Shown piece by piece: positions 38,591 to 50,421 of a DNA stretch of 64,000 nt. The number at the start of each line of letters is the position of its first letter. Position 1 is the stretch's first letter. Below the pieces are notes generated by a model. That model searched no databases and was not told the DNA's origin. It saw nothing but the letters and a program-made list of their open reading frames with translations. A program made the position numbers and the translations under genes. Source of the stretch: Anaeramoeba ignava BMAN (Eukaryota > Protista > Anaeramoebae); contig JAPDFW010000107.1 of the NCBI GenBank assembly GCA_028826165.1, positions 1 through 64,000 on the forward strand, given 5' to 3'.

Positions 38591-41500
38591 ATGAGTTTTA
38601 AAATTAAAATTAAAACTTTAAATAGTGAAATTTTTGAATTTATTGTGAATGAAAATGTAAAATTTATAATAAAATTTAATAAAATTTATAACAAAATTTA
38701 AAAACAAAATTTAAAACAAAATTTATAACAAAATTTATAACAAAATTTAAAATAATTTAAAATAAAATTTATAACTAAAATTAAAACAAAATTTAAAAAC
38801 AAAATTTAAAAATAAAATTTAAAACAAAATTTAAACAAAATTTAAAACAAAATTTAAAAACAAAATTTAAAAACAAAATTTATAATAAAATTTAAAATAA
38901 AATTAAAAACAAAATTTAAAATAAAATTTAAAACAAAATTTAAAACAAAATTTATAATAAAATTTAAAACAAAATTTAAAACAAAATATAATAAAAATTT
39001 AAAATAAAATTTATAACAAAATTTAAAATAAAATTTAAAATTTATAACAAAATTAATAAATTTATAACAAAATTTATAATAAATATTTTATACAAAATTT
39101 AAAATAAAATTTATAACAAAATTTATAATAAAATTTATAACAAAATTAAAAACAAAATTTAAAATAAAATTTAAAACAAAATTTAAAACAAAATTTATAA
39201 TAAAATTTAAAACAAAATTTAAATAAAATTAATAAAATAAAATTTATAACAATATTTATAACTAAATTTAAAATAAAATTTATAACAAAATTTATAATAA
39301 AATTTATAACAAAATTTATAACAAAATTTAAAATAAAATTTATAACAAAATTTATAATAAAATTTATAACAAAATTAAAAACAAAATTAATAACAAAATT
39401 TAAAACTAAAATTAAAACAAAATTTAAAACAAAATTTAAAACAATTAAAACAAAATTTAAAACAAAATTTAAAACAAAATTAAAAACAAAATTTAAAACA
39501 AAATTAAAAACAAAATTTAAAACTAAATTAAAACAAAATTTATAACAAAATTTAAAACAAAATTTAAAACAAAATTTATAACAAAATTTAAAACAAAATT
39601 TAAAACAAAATTTATAACAAAATTTAAAACAAAATTTATAACAAAATTTATAATAAAATTTAAAATAAAAAAAAATTTTTTTTTTCAATTATTCAATAAA
39701 AAAGTTGACTATTAGAGATTTAAAGAAAAAAATTAAAGAAAAAATGAGATTAAAGAAACATTTACAAAAATTAATCTTTCAAGGAAAAGTATTAAAAAAT
39801 GATAAGCAATTATCGGATTATTGTAATTAAAAAATATATAAATATAAATAAAAATATAAATATAAATATAAATATAAATATAAATATAAATATAAATCTA
39901 AATATAAATATAAATATAAATATAAATATAAATATAAATATAAATATAAATATAAATATAAATATAAATATAAATATAAATATAAATATAAATATAAATA
40001 TAAATATAAATATAAATATAAATATAAATATAAAATATAAAATATAAATATAAATATAAATATAAATACATATAAATATAAATATAAATATAAATATAAA
40101 TATAAATATAAATATAAATATAAATATAAATACATAAATATAAATATAAAATATAAATATAAATATAAATATAAATATAAATATAAATATAAATATAAAT
40201 ATAAATATAAATATAAATATAAATATAAATATAAATATAAATATAAATATAAATATAAATATAAATATAAATATAAATATAAATATAAATATAAATATAA
40301 ATATAAATATAAATATAAATATAAATATAAATATAAATATAAATAAAAATATAAATAAATATAAATATAAATATAAATATAAATATAAATATAAATATAA
40401 ATATAAATATAAATATAAATATAAATATAAATATAAATATAAATATAAATATAAATTCTTTTAAAATTTGTTTCTAAATATAAATATAAATAGCAATCGC
40501 AAATGAAACTACAATTTATTTAATTCAAGAATTAATTGTTAAAAGTGAAACAGAACAAAATCAACAAAATCAAAATCAACAAAATCAAAATCAAAATCAA
40601 CAAAATCAAAATCAAAATCAACAAAATCAAAATCAACAACAAAATCCAAATCCAAATCCAAATCCAAATCCAAATCCAAATCTAAATCCAAATCCAAATC
40701 TAAATCAACATTTAAATCAACAAAATCAATTTCAAAGAATACAAAATGTCAGAAGTATTACACATTCAATTATAAGAGTTGAAAACATTTTGCGTGATTT
40801 AGAATCAGGACTTAATCAACAAAATCGAGAATCTCAAGATGAAAATCCACAAGAAAATTCTGAATATTCTGAACAAAGAGAATTTGAGACACAAATAAAC
40901 AAATTGGCAAATGTTTTGAAGAATATTCAAGATCGTTTCTCTTCTATTTCTCAAACTTTATCATCTTGTTCAAATCATTTTTTAAATCCTGAAAACTACA
41001 ATCAAGAATTAAATTTTCCACAAATAAGTTCTACTTTGCAACAAATTGGATATGCTTTTTTACACATTTCAAATCAAATAGGAGCAATTAATTATAATTA
41101 TCAAAATCATAGATTTTTTATTGAACCAACTATATTTTTTGAACGTATTAGACAACATCAACTTGGAGCTCAATTTCAACCACGAATACAACCAATATAT
41201 TTACCTCAATCAATTCAACAATTAAATCAACAAAATCAAACACAATTAAATCAACAACCAAATCAACAACCAAATCAACAATCAATTCAACAATTAAATC
41301 AACAACAAAATCAACAACCAAATCAACAACCAAATCAAAATCAACAATCAAATCAACAACCAATTCAACAACCAAATCAACAACCAAATCAAAATCAACA
41401 ATCAAATCAACAACCAATTCAACAACCAAATCAACCAATTCAACAACAAAATCAACAACCAAATCAACAACCAAATCAAAATCAACAATTAAATCAACAA

Positions 41501-43264
41501 CAAAATCAAACACAATTAAATCAACAAAATCAACAAAATCAACCAAATCAAATTTTTCAACAACTTTTTCAACAATTAAACCAACAACCAATTCAACAAC
41601 AAAATCAGCAACCAAATCAAACACAATTAAATCAACAAAATCAACAACAAAATCAATTAAATCAAATTTTTCAACAACTTTTTCAACAACCAATTCAACA
41701 ACCAAATCAACAACAAAATCAACAATTAAACCAACAATCAATTCAACAACCAAATCAACAACAAAATCAACAACAAAATCAACAACAAAATCAACAAAAC
41801 CAAATTCCAAAACCAAAATTCCCTTTTTTTATGAGAAGAGATGTTTTTGAGCAATTTATCAATAGAATATGTAAATCTCTTGATATTGAAACAATTCCAA
41901 ATAACATCAAACAAACAATTTTCAACATTTGGAAGAGTAAAAACAAGGAAAATGAAACAAAAAAACATATGCTTAATATAAAAAGATCACGATTGAATAT
42001 TTTTATTAATACATTTTATGAAACATTAAGCATTCAAGACGTTGTGCTACTTTTTTCAGGAAATTGGAATATTTTTTTGAAATTAGCACCCAAATTTAGT
42101 TTAGATATTACTCAAAATATTCTTCATGGAGATTTATCAACAGAAAACATTGAAATTGTAACTGAAGAACTTGTTTCCGAATCATTGATAACTTTTCTTT
42201 CTTCAAATTCATATCTTAAATTGAAATCAAAAATCAAAGAAGGAGGAAATTTAATTGATTCTTTTTGTGGATGGATGAACAAAACAATTTCAACACTATT
42301 TAAAATATTCACATATGAAATCACACCACAAAATATTGAAATTATCATTCACAAAATAAGAAATTTCATTATTGACACAACAAGTAATTTTTTTATTATA
42401 ATGAAGGATGTATTTTTGGATGAAGATGAAGATATTCTTGTTATTATTAAGGAATTACTAACTGAATTAGGAAAACCAATTTCAAACAAATTTGCAGAGT
42501 TTTTACTGGCAGAATTCTTACCAATTATTAAAGAAAACATGTTAGAAGATGAATCACAACTTTCTTCTATTGAAGAGAAATGGATTTTTGCAATTCCACA
42601 AAATGAAAAGAATTATTGGAAAAGCACAATATTTAGAGATGAAATTAAACAATATTATAATATTTCACAATTTCCATTTAGTTTTGCATATTTATCTGGT
42701 TCTTCTTGGATTAATCAAGAAAGTTATCATAAAATTTACAATTCGATTATTACTGAACAAGAAAAAAAGCAAAATCAAATTGAAAATCAAATTGAAAATC
42801 AAATTGAAAATCAAATTGAAAATCAAAATGAAAATCAAATTGAAAATCAAATTGAAAATCAAATTGAAAATCAAATTGAAAATCAAATTGAAAATCAAAT
42901 TGAAAATCAAAAAGAAAATCAAATTGAAAATCAAAACCAAATTGAAAATCAAAATCAAATTGAAAATCAAATTGAAAATCAAATTAAAAAAGAAAATACT
43001 TTACCGTTTATTTACATCCTCTCAAAATCTTTAAATCAAGCTAATGTAAAACCTGATTTAATCCAAAATATTACCCAAAAAGCTCAAAATGACCATGAAT
43101 TAAACTCAATTTTTTCTGAAAATATTTTGATTCCTTCTTTGAAAAAAATCGTTCTTATTTCTTCAGATTTGGCAAATGAAACATCAACAAAAAAATATAA
43201 AAGATTGAATCGTTTACTTGAAATTGCAATTTCAGAAAAAATTCCTCAACAAAAAAAGAATTAA
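38591..43264 (+). CDS. BAG6: BAG6 (BAT3/Scythe) homologue with N-terminal ubiquitin-like domain split by two long introns
   Basis: Exons 38591-38656, 39705-39822 and 40494-43264 give [22 protein letters not shown]|[10 protein letters not shown]...[19 protein letters not shown]|[11 protein letters not shown] (Ubl). The C-terminal WIFAIP...W...I..D...Q...PFSFAYLSG matches the BAG6 conserved motif. Confidence 0.85.
38657..39704 (+). repeat. BAG6 intron 1: 12-bp (AAAATTTAAAAC/AAAATTTATAAC) array
   Basis: The array fills the GT..AG interval. Confidence 0.9.
39823..40493 (+). repeat. BAG6 intron 2: near-perfect (ATATAA)n
   Basis: The array fills the GT..AG interval. Confidence 0.9.
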
Positions 43265-43493
43265 TAAAAATTCAAAAAAAAAATTCAAAATTTTTACCTT
43301 TTTTTTTGAATTTAAAAAAAAGTAAAACAAAATAATAAAATTCTAATAATTTCTCTTTAAATTTTTAATTGTTCCACTTTTTGATTTCTTATTTAAAAAA
43401 TTAAATAATTTTTAATTGAAAAAAAAATTTTTTAAAAATCAAAAATTCATTTTTTTTCTTTTATTTTTCTTTTATTTTTTTTCTTTTAAAATA

Positions 43494-43814
43494 ATGAATG
43501 AAAATACAACAACTAAAAATGTTGAAGAAACAATTAAAAGAATCTCATCTCAAAAGGGATTCATTGGACTTTTAATATTGAATCACTCAGGAGCAGTTAT
43601 TCGAACAACATTTGAAGAAGAACAAGCACAAATTTATGGAACTTTTATTAATAGATTTCTTTTTCACACAAAAGAATCTTTAACGGAATTAAAAACTGAT
43701 GAAGAATTAACTTTTTTAAGACTTAGAACAAGAAAACAAGACTTTTTAATTGTTCCTGAATTTCAATATACAATGGTTGTTGTTCAAGATCCAAATTCTG
43801 AAAGCATTTTATAA
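43494..43814 (+). CDS. DYNLRB: Dynein light chain roadblock/LC7
   Basis: VEETIKRISSQKGFIGLLILN...IRTT...ELTFLRLRTRKQDFLIVP...MVVVQDP is the canonical roadblock pattern. Confidence 0.92.
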   Translation: MNENTTTKNVEETIKRISSQKGFIGLLILNHSGAVIRTTFEEEQAQIYGTFINRFLFHTKESLTELKTDEELTFLRLRTRKQDFLIVPEFQYTMVVVQDPNSESIL

Positions 43815-44036
43815 ATTTAACTTTCTATTTAGCTTCTTATGATAATTTACAAGTACATTTTATTTGTTAAGGATAAATTGAAGGATTTCTTTTTTTTTTT
43901 TTTTGATTTTTTTTAAAAAAAAATTTTTCCATTTCATTTCTTTGATTTGGATTTTCTTTTTCAAATTCAAAAACAAACACAAAATTAAGCAAAAAGTAAT
44001 AATAAAAATAATAATAAAAAATCATAACGGAAAAAT

Positions 44037-45749
44037 TCATTTTAACATTTCTTTAATTTTTTCTTTTTCAATTCCAATATTTACATGAACACTTTCAATA
44101 ATAATTTCCTTTAATTGTTGAGAAATTAAAGATAAAACAAATTGAGTTTTCAATTTAAGTTTTTTTGGAAAATCTAATTGTTCCATTTGATGTTCTTGAA
44201 TTATCATAAAAACAATTGTATTTGCTAAATGTTCTTGATTATCAATTTGATTGTTTGAATATTCAAGAAAAAAACGAAAAATTAATTTGGAAATTTCTTT
44301 TTCATCATCAATTCCAGAAAGAAATGAAGGATTTTTGCCTTTTTTTCTTCTTGTTTTTCTTTTTTTTGAAGTTTCCTCATTTTGTTTTGAATTTAGATTT
44401 TGAAGAAATTGAATTCCTTCATTTTCATCCCAAAAAAGTCTTGAAACAAGAAGAGAGATTAAATTTTCTCTTTGATCAAAAATAACTTTTTCAAGTAAAG
44501 AAATTTGATTAGAAAGTAAAACAAAACGAAAAATTCCCAAACAAGAAATGAATTGGATTTCTGGATTTGAATCGAAAAGTAGATTCGGAATAAAAGTGAA
44601 AAGATTTGAATTTTCTTGATTGATTTGAACTGGCAAATTAATAAGAGAAGGATAAATAATATAAATATCAAACACAAATAAAAGAGATATTTTTCTCATT
44701 TCAATTTCTGATTCAAAAACAAGTTGATAAAAATAAGGGATTAATTTTTTTGAAATGATTTCTGATGAAATTGAAGCATTTCCAAGTAGATTAATTGCTT
44801 TTTCTTTTTGTTTTAAATCTTGTGAATTGATTAATTGAGAAATTAAATTGAAAAAAGTAGAATTTTGATTTGGATCTGAAAAAGAAAAGTTGAAATCAAG
44901 GATATCAATATTTTCCATGTTTAATAAATGGGCTTCATGTGCAGAAACAAGAATATTATCATCTAAATTTTTTAATATTAACCAAATTATTCCTCTTTGA
45001 TCTTTTGTTTTTTGGAAGAGATAAATGAATATTTGGATTAAAGAATCGATAGGAATTAATAAGGATTTATTTTTGGAATTTTGATTTTGATTTAAATTAA
45101 AATTTTGATATTGATTTTGATTTTGATTTTGATATTGATATTGATTTTGATTTTGATTTTGATATTGATTTTGATTTTGATTTTGATTTTGATTTTGATT
45201 TTGATTTTGATATTGATTTTGATTTTGATTTTGATTTTGATATTGATTTTGATTTTGATTTTGATATTGATTTTGATTTTGATTTTGATTTTGATTTTGA
45301 TTTTGATTTTGATTTTGAGAATTAAATGTAAATTCAATTCCTTTATGTTTCTCTTCTGTTTTTTTCTTGAAATTTTGAAAGAATTCAATAAATTTTGTTA
45401 AACTTTGTTCTGATTGAAATTGAATTGCTTTTAAACATTGAATAAAATTTTTTTTACCATCAAATCTAATTAAAAAATTCAAAATATTAATTAATTGGAA
45501 AAATTGATTATTTGGATATCTTATTATTTGTAAAATTTTCAATAAATTTAATAAAGAATCAATTGGAAAATTTGAATAAAATGATTGATTTTGTCCAAGA
45601 AAATGTAAATCAGGCATAAATTCTTCAAACATTTCTTCAATTTCTTCTCCTGTTGGATTTACTTTTATATTTGTTAATAAACTTCTATCTTCTTTTTCTT
45701 CAAATTTTTCTAAATAAATTCTTAAAAGAAGTGAATAAGATTCAACCAT
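44037..45749 (-). CDS. HEAT/ARM protein resembling the C-terminal domain of condensin subunit CAP-G (Cnd3)
   Basis: 570-aa ORF from MVESYS. MRKISLLFVFDIYIIY and LLFDSNPEIQFISCLGIFRFVL recall Cnd3 C-terminal HEAT motifs. Contains an NQ insert. Confidence 0.45.
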   Translation of the reverse strand: MVESYSLLLRIYLEKFEEKEDRSLLTNIKVNPTGEEIEEMFEEFMPDLHFLGQNQSFYSNFPIDSLLNLLKILQIIRYPNNQFFQLINILNFLIRFDGKKNFIQCLKAIQFQSEQSLTKFIEFFQNFKKKTEEKHKGIEFTFNSQNQNQNQNQNQNQNQNQYQNQNQNQYQNQNQNQNQYQNQNQNQNQNQNQNQYQNQNQNQYQYQNQNQNQYQNFNLNQNQNSKNKSLLIPIDSLIQIFIYLFQKTKDQRGIIWLILKNLDDNILVSAHEAHLLNMENIDILDFNFSFSDPNQNSTFFNLISQLINSQDLKQKEKAINLLGNASISSEIISKKLIPYFYQLVFESEIEMRKISLLFVFDIYIIYPSLINLPVQINQENSNLFTFIPNLLFDSNPEIQFISCLGIFRFVLLSNQISLLEKVIFDQRENLISLLVSRLFWDENEGIQFLQNLNSKQNEETSKKRKTRRKKGKNPSFLSGIDDEKEISKLIFRFFLEYSNNQIDNQEHLANTIVFMIIQEHQMEQLDFPKKLKLKTQFVLSLISQQLKEIIIESVHVNIGIEKEKIKEMLK

Positions 45750-46014
45750 TTTTGATTTAATTTTTTTTGAAAAATGAAAAATGAAAAAAAAAAAAAAAAA
45801 GTGGAATTGATCAAAAAACAAAAACAAAAAACAAAAACAAAAACAAAAACAAAAATAAAAAACAAAAACAAAAACAAAAACAAAAATAAAAACAAAATTT
45901 AAATCAAATTCATTTTTCATTTCATTTTTCATTTTTCATTTTTCATTTTTCATTTTTCATTTTTCATTTTTCATTTTTCATTTTTCATTTTTCATTTTTC
46001 ATTTTTCATTTTTA
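45750..46014. promoter_or_regulatory. Compact bidirectional promoter with tandem TCATTTT initiator-like motifs on both strands
   Basis: (TTTTTCA)n run ~45908-46012 ends just before ATG 46015. The reverse complement (AAAATGA) occurs at ~45770-45790, before the minus-strand ATG at 45749. Confidence 0.6.
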
Positions 46015-48670
46015 ATGGCTCATTTACATCGTTATAAAATGAGAGATGGAAATTATCATCCATTTCATGATGACCAACATCAATTACATCTTCAACAAAT
46101 TGAAAATCAAAATCAAATTGAAAATCAAAATGAAAATCAAATTGAAAATCAAAATGAAAATCAAATTGAAAATCAAATTGAAAATCAAAATCAAAATCAA
46201 ATTGAAAATCAAAATCAAAATCAAAATCAAAAATCAAAATCAATATCAAAATCAATATCAAAATCAAAATCAAAATCAAAATCAATATCAATATCAAAAT
46301 CAAATTCAAAATCAAAATCAATATCAAAATCAAAATGAATTTAATCAAAATCAACAAATTGAAGAAAAAGAAAATCAAGTCCAAGAACAATTAAATCCAA
46401 TTTATTATCAAAATCGAAATCAAAATCAAAATTTAAATCAAAATCAAATTCAAAATTTAAATCGAAATTCTTTTGAAAAAGAAAAAAATGAATATTTTTC
46501 TTCAAATCAAAGAAGAAACAGAAGTTCATCTCAAGAAAAACAATTTAATAACGAAAAAGAACTAGAACAAACAGAATTTCATTTAAATATTCAAAATAAT
46601 GAAGACTCAGAAAAAAAAGAACTTCCAGCAAAAATTAAAAGTAAAATTTATTTTGATTTTTTTTTATAAAAGAAAAAAAAATTTTTTTTAATTTAAATTT
46701 CTTTTTTTAGCAACTAAAACTCCAACAAGAGTTCTTTTTATTCGTAATATTGCATTTGAAGCAACAAAAAAAGATGTTGAAGAAACATTTAAAAAATATG
46801 GAGATATTAAATTAATTCATGATTTAATTACAAAGTAATTTATTTAAAAAAAAAAAAAGGAAAAAAAGGAAAAATTTAGTTTTTAATAAATAATCTTTTT
46901 AATTTTATTATTTATTATAACTTTTATATTTAACCTTTTAAAAAGACGAGGATTAGTTTTTGTAATTTATGTATGAACAAAAAAAATATTTAAATCAAAA
47001 TCTTTTTTTTTTTCCTTTTATAAATTTAAATATTTTTTTTTTATTTTAGTATGATCTTCGAGCAGCAATGGTAGCTCGAAGAAGATTGCAAGATTTTGAT
47101 ATTTGTGGAAGAAAAGTATAAAAAAATTTTTTTATTCAATAATATTTTATTATTTATTCTTTATATTTATTATCATCAACAACAACAACAACAAAAAAAT
47201 AATAATAATTTAGATCGACATCCATTTTTCTATTTCTTATCCTGTTTTTAATAGTGAAACTCCAAATCATGTACAAAATTTTAATTTCATATTATAATTA
47301 TTACAAAGAAAAGAAAAGAAAAGAAATTTATTATTTTAATTATGATCTCAATTTATATTTTAGGGACAATTATTGTTAGCTCTTAAGAATACACGTCGTT
47401 TATTAAGAAATAAAGATGTAGAACATCTTTTCACTGTTTGGGGAGAAATTAGAAGAATTCAAGATTATAATAATGATGATTTTTCGTAAATTTTGATATT
47501 GTTTTTATTTGCATTTCAGAATTATTAAAAATTTTTTATAAAATTTTGTTGTAATTAGTAAAATTCTAGAATATTATGATACTAGAGCCACAGATAAGGC
47601 TATCAAAAAAGCAAATCGAAGAATACTTAATGGAAGACTTGAAATTGAATATTTTCCTGACAAAGAAGAAGATTATGAAGGGTACTTTTACTAATTGATT
47701 TTTATTTTGGATAAATTAAATAATTAATTTGTTTATTCTTTTATGATAAATTAAAGCGAAAGAACATCAACTCAAAATGATTCAGATTCAAAAACTCCTG
47801 ATTCCAAAAAAAATCAAGAAGAAATTCCTTTAATTCCTCAAATGAATCCTATGAATTTTCCTCCACAAAATATTCCACTTAATCAGCCAATATTTAATCC
47901 ACAAAATTTACAACACATGAATAGAAGACCGAATCCTAATTTAAATCAGGTATTCAATTCATTTTATTTTATAATTCCGTTCTATCATTTCATTTTTTAA
48001 ATCACAAAAAAAAAACAAGAAGTTGATTGTTTCTTTCTTTTTTTTTTTCAAATTATTTTTTATTTGTCAAAAAAAAAAAATTATAATTGAATTATTATCC
48101 AATCTTTATATAGAAAAGCACTTTTTATTCATTTATTTATTTATTTATAAAGAAAGAAAAAATATTAGATTGTTTATAAAAAGTTAAAATAGATTTGAAT
48201 TTATTATTAGAATGAATTAATATTGAAATAAAAAACAGGATGAAGAATAAAAAATAGAATGAAAAACAAATTAGAATGAATATAAAAAAAAAAACAAACT
48301 TAGAATGAATTTTTTAGAAATGAAACAAAATAAATATATAAATACATACAAATACATATAAATATATAAATAATTTAGAATGAAAATGAAAAACAAAAAA
48401 CAAAATCATAAATTATTTGTTTATTTTTATTTTATTATTTAGTATCGATCTAATGAACAATTTATACCAAATAATCCAAATTTTCCAAATTTTCCCAATA
48501 ATCAATTCCCACCACAAAATGCTCAATTCCAACAAAATCCTCGATATAATGAACCAAGAAATAATCCACAATTTTTAAGACATTTTGATCCTAAAATTAA
48601 TCAACAACAAAGAAATCCAAATTTTTTCCAAAAAGATCAAAACAATCAAAGAATTAGAAATCATTATTGA
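46015..48670 (+). CDS. Mei2-like RNA-binding protein (RRM1+RRM2), ~9 short exons, mostly missed by the ORF track
   Basis: Spliced: PTRVLFIRNIAFE...FKKYGDIK...KRGLVFVIY|YDLRAA...GRK|IDIHFS...|GQLLL...FTVWGEIRRI...KILEYYDTRA, which matches Mei2-like RRM1/RRM2. Includes a 25-nt exon 46946-46970. Frame break in the NQ repeat near 46230. Confidence 0.75.
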
Positions 48671-48834
48671 AAAACAGAACAAAATAAAAAATTTATTTCT
48701 TTTTTAAGGAATTGATTAAGATTTTTAATTTGGATTTTAATAAAAAATTTTTTTTTCTTTTTTAAATATAAAATTCATTTTTTTCCTTTTTTTTTTTTTT
48801 TAAAAATTCAAAAATTTATATAATAAAAAAGAAA

Positions 48835-50421
48835 ATGAAAGAAATTATTGTTTTGCATATTGGATCAACTGGAAGAAAAATAGGAGAATTATTTTGGCAA
48901 GAAATATGTGAAGATCATGGAATCAATCCAAATTCTGAAATTGAAGAAAATGATGGCAATTCAAAACCAAATATTTATTTCAATGAAATTTCACAAAACA
49001 GTTTGAATAAGCAAAATAATAATTGAATAAGCAAAATAATAATTTAAAAAATTTGATATTTTTTTTTTCTCTTTTAGATCATTATGTTCCAAGAGCAATT
49101 TTCCTTGATCTTGATCAAGTCTCAGTAAATGATTTAACTGAAACAAATATGCGTAAAATATGGAATCCGAATGGATTTGTATGTTCAATTTCAGGAGCAG
49201 GAAATAATTTTGCAAAAGGATATTGTACTGAAGGTCCAGAAATACTTGAAAATTCAATGGAAGTTATTAGAAAAGAAGTTGAAAAATGTGAATCTTTTCA
49301 AGGTTTCCAAATTTTTCATTCAGTTGGTGGAGGAACTGGTTCTGGTTTTGGTTCTTTGCTTTTAAATGAATTGAAACAAGAATATTGTAACAATATCATT
49401 TTTAATTTTACTTCTTGGATTGATTGGTCTATTGGTGATGTTGTTGTTGAGCCTTATAATGTTACTCTTTCACTTCCATATTTAATTCAAAATTCTGATG
49501 GTGTTTTATTTTTTGAAAATCGAAAAATATTAGAAATAGCTTATAAAATTAATAAGAGATATGATTCAACTAGAAAGGAATTAAATAGATATATTAGTTC
49601 TTTTGCATGTAATTTCACATCTTCTTTCCGTTTTTCAGGTATGAAAAATATTAAAACAATATTAAAACTATTAAATATTAAATATTAAATAATAAAAAAT
49701 AAAAAAAGGAGAAACAAATTTTGGAATGAGAAGATTATTAACAACATTAGTTCCTTTTAAAAAATCTAAATTCTTTATTGGAAATTTTGGACCATTAATC
49801 AAAAATCCAAAAATTTCAGTAAATGAATTAATAGAAAATTCTTTTGATGGAAAAAATTTATATGTTGATGTAGATTCAACACAAGGAAAATATTTTGCAT
49901 CTTTTTTAACTTTTAGAGGGAATGTTCCAATAATAGAAGTTGATGAAAAAATATCAAATCTTAAAGATAAAAATAATTATGAATTTATTGATTGGATTCC
50001 AAATAATATAATAACATCATTTTATACAAAAAAACAAAGAGATTTATTAATGAGTATATCAAATATTTCAAATACATCAATTATTAAAACAATATTCCAA
50101 AAAGTTTCATATGCATTTACTCGAATGTGTGAAAGAAGAGCTTTTCAACATTGGTATATTAGTGAAGGACTTGAAAATATAGAATTTGATCAAGCTGGTT
50201 GTGCTTTGAAAGATCTTATTTCAGAAATTGAAATGAATGAAAATGGGTTAACTCAAACATTAGAAGATGATTTTGATGAAGAAATTGAATTAGAAATTGA
50301 AAATGAAAATTTAAATGGAAATTTAAATGAAAATCAAAATCAAAATTTAAATGAAAATTTAAATGAAAATTTAAATCAAAATCTAAATGAAAATTTAAAT
50401 CAAAATCAAAATCAAAATTGA
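48835..50421 (+). CDS. Highly divergent beta-like tubulin, introns 49001..49077 and 49639..49708
   Basis: MKEIIVLHIG, YVPRAIFLDL, GAGNNFAKG, HSVGGGTGSG, VVEPYN, FIDWIPNN and RAFQHWYISEG motifs, with an acidic tail. Confidence 0.88.
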
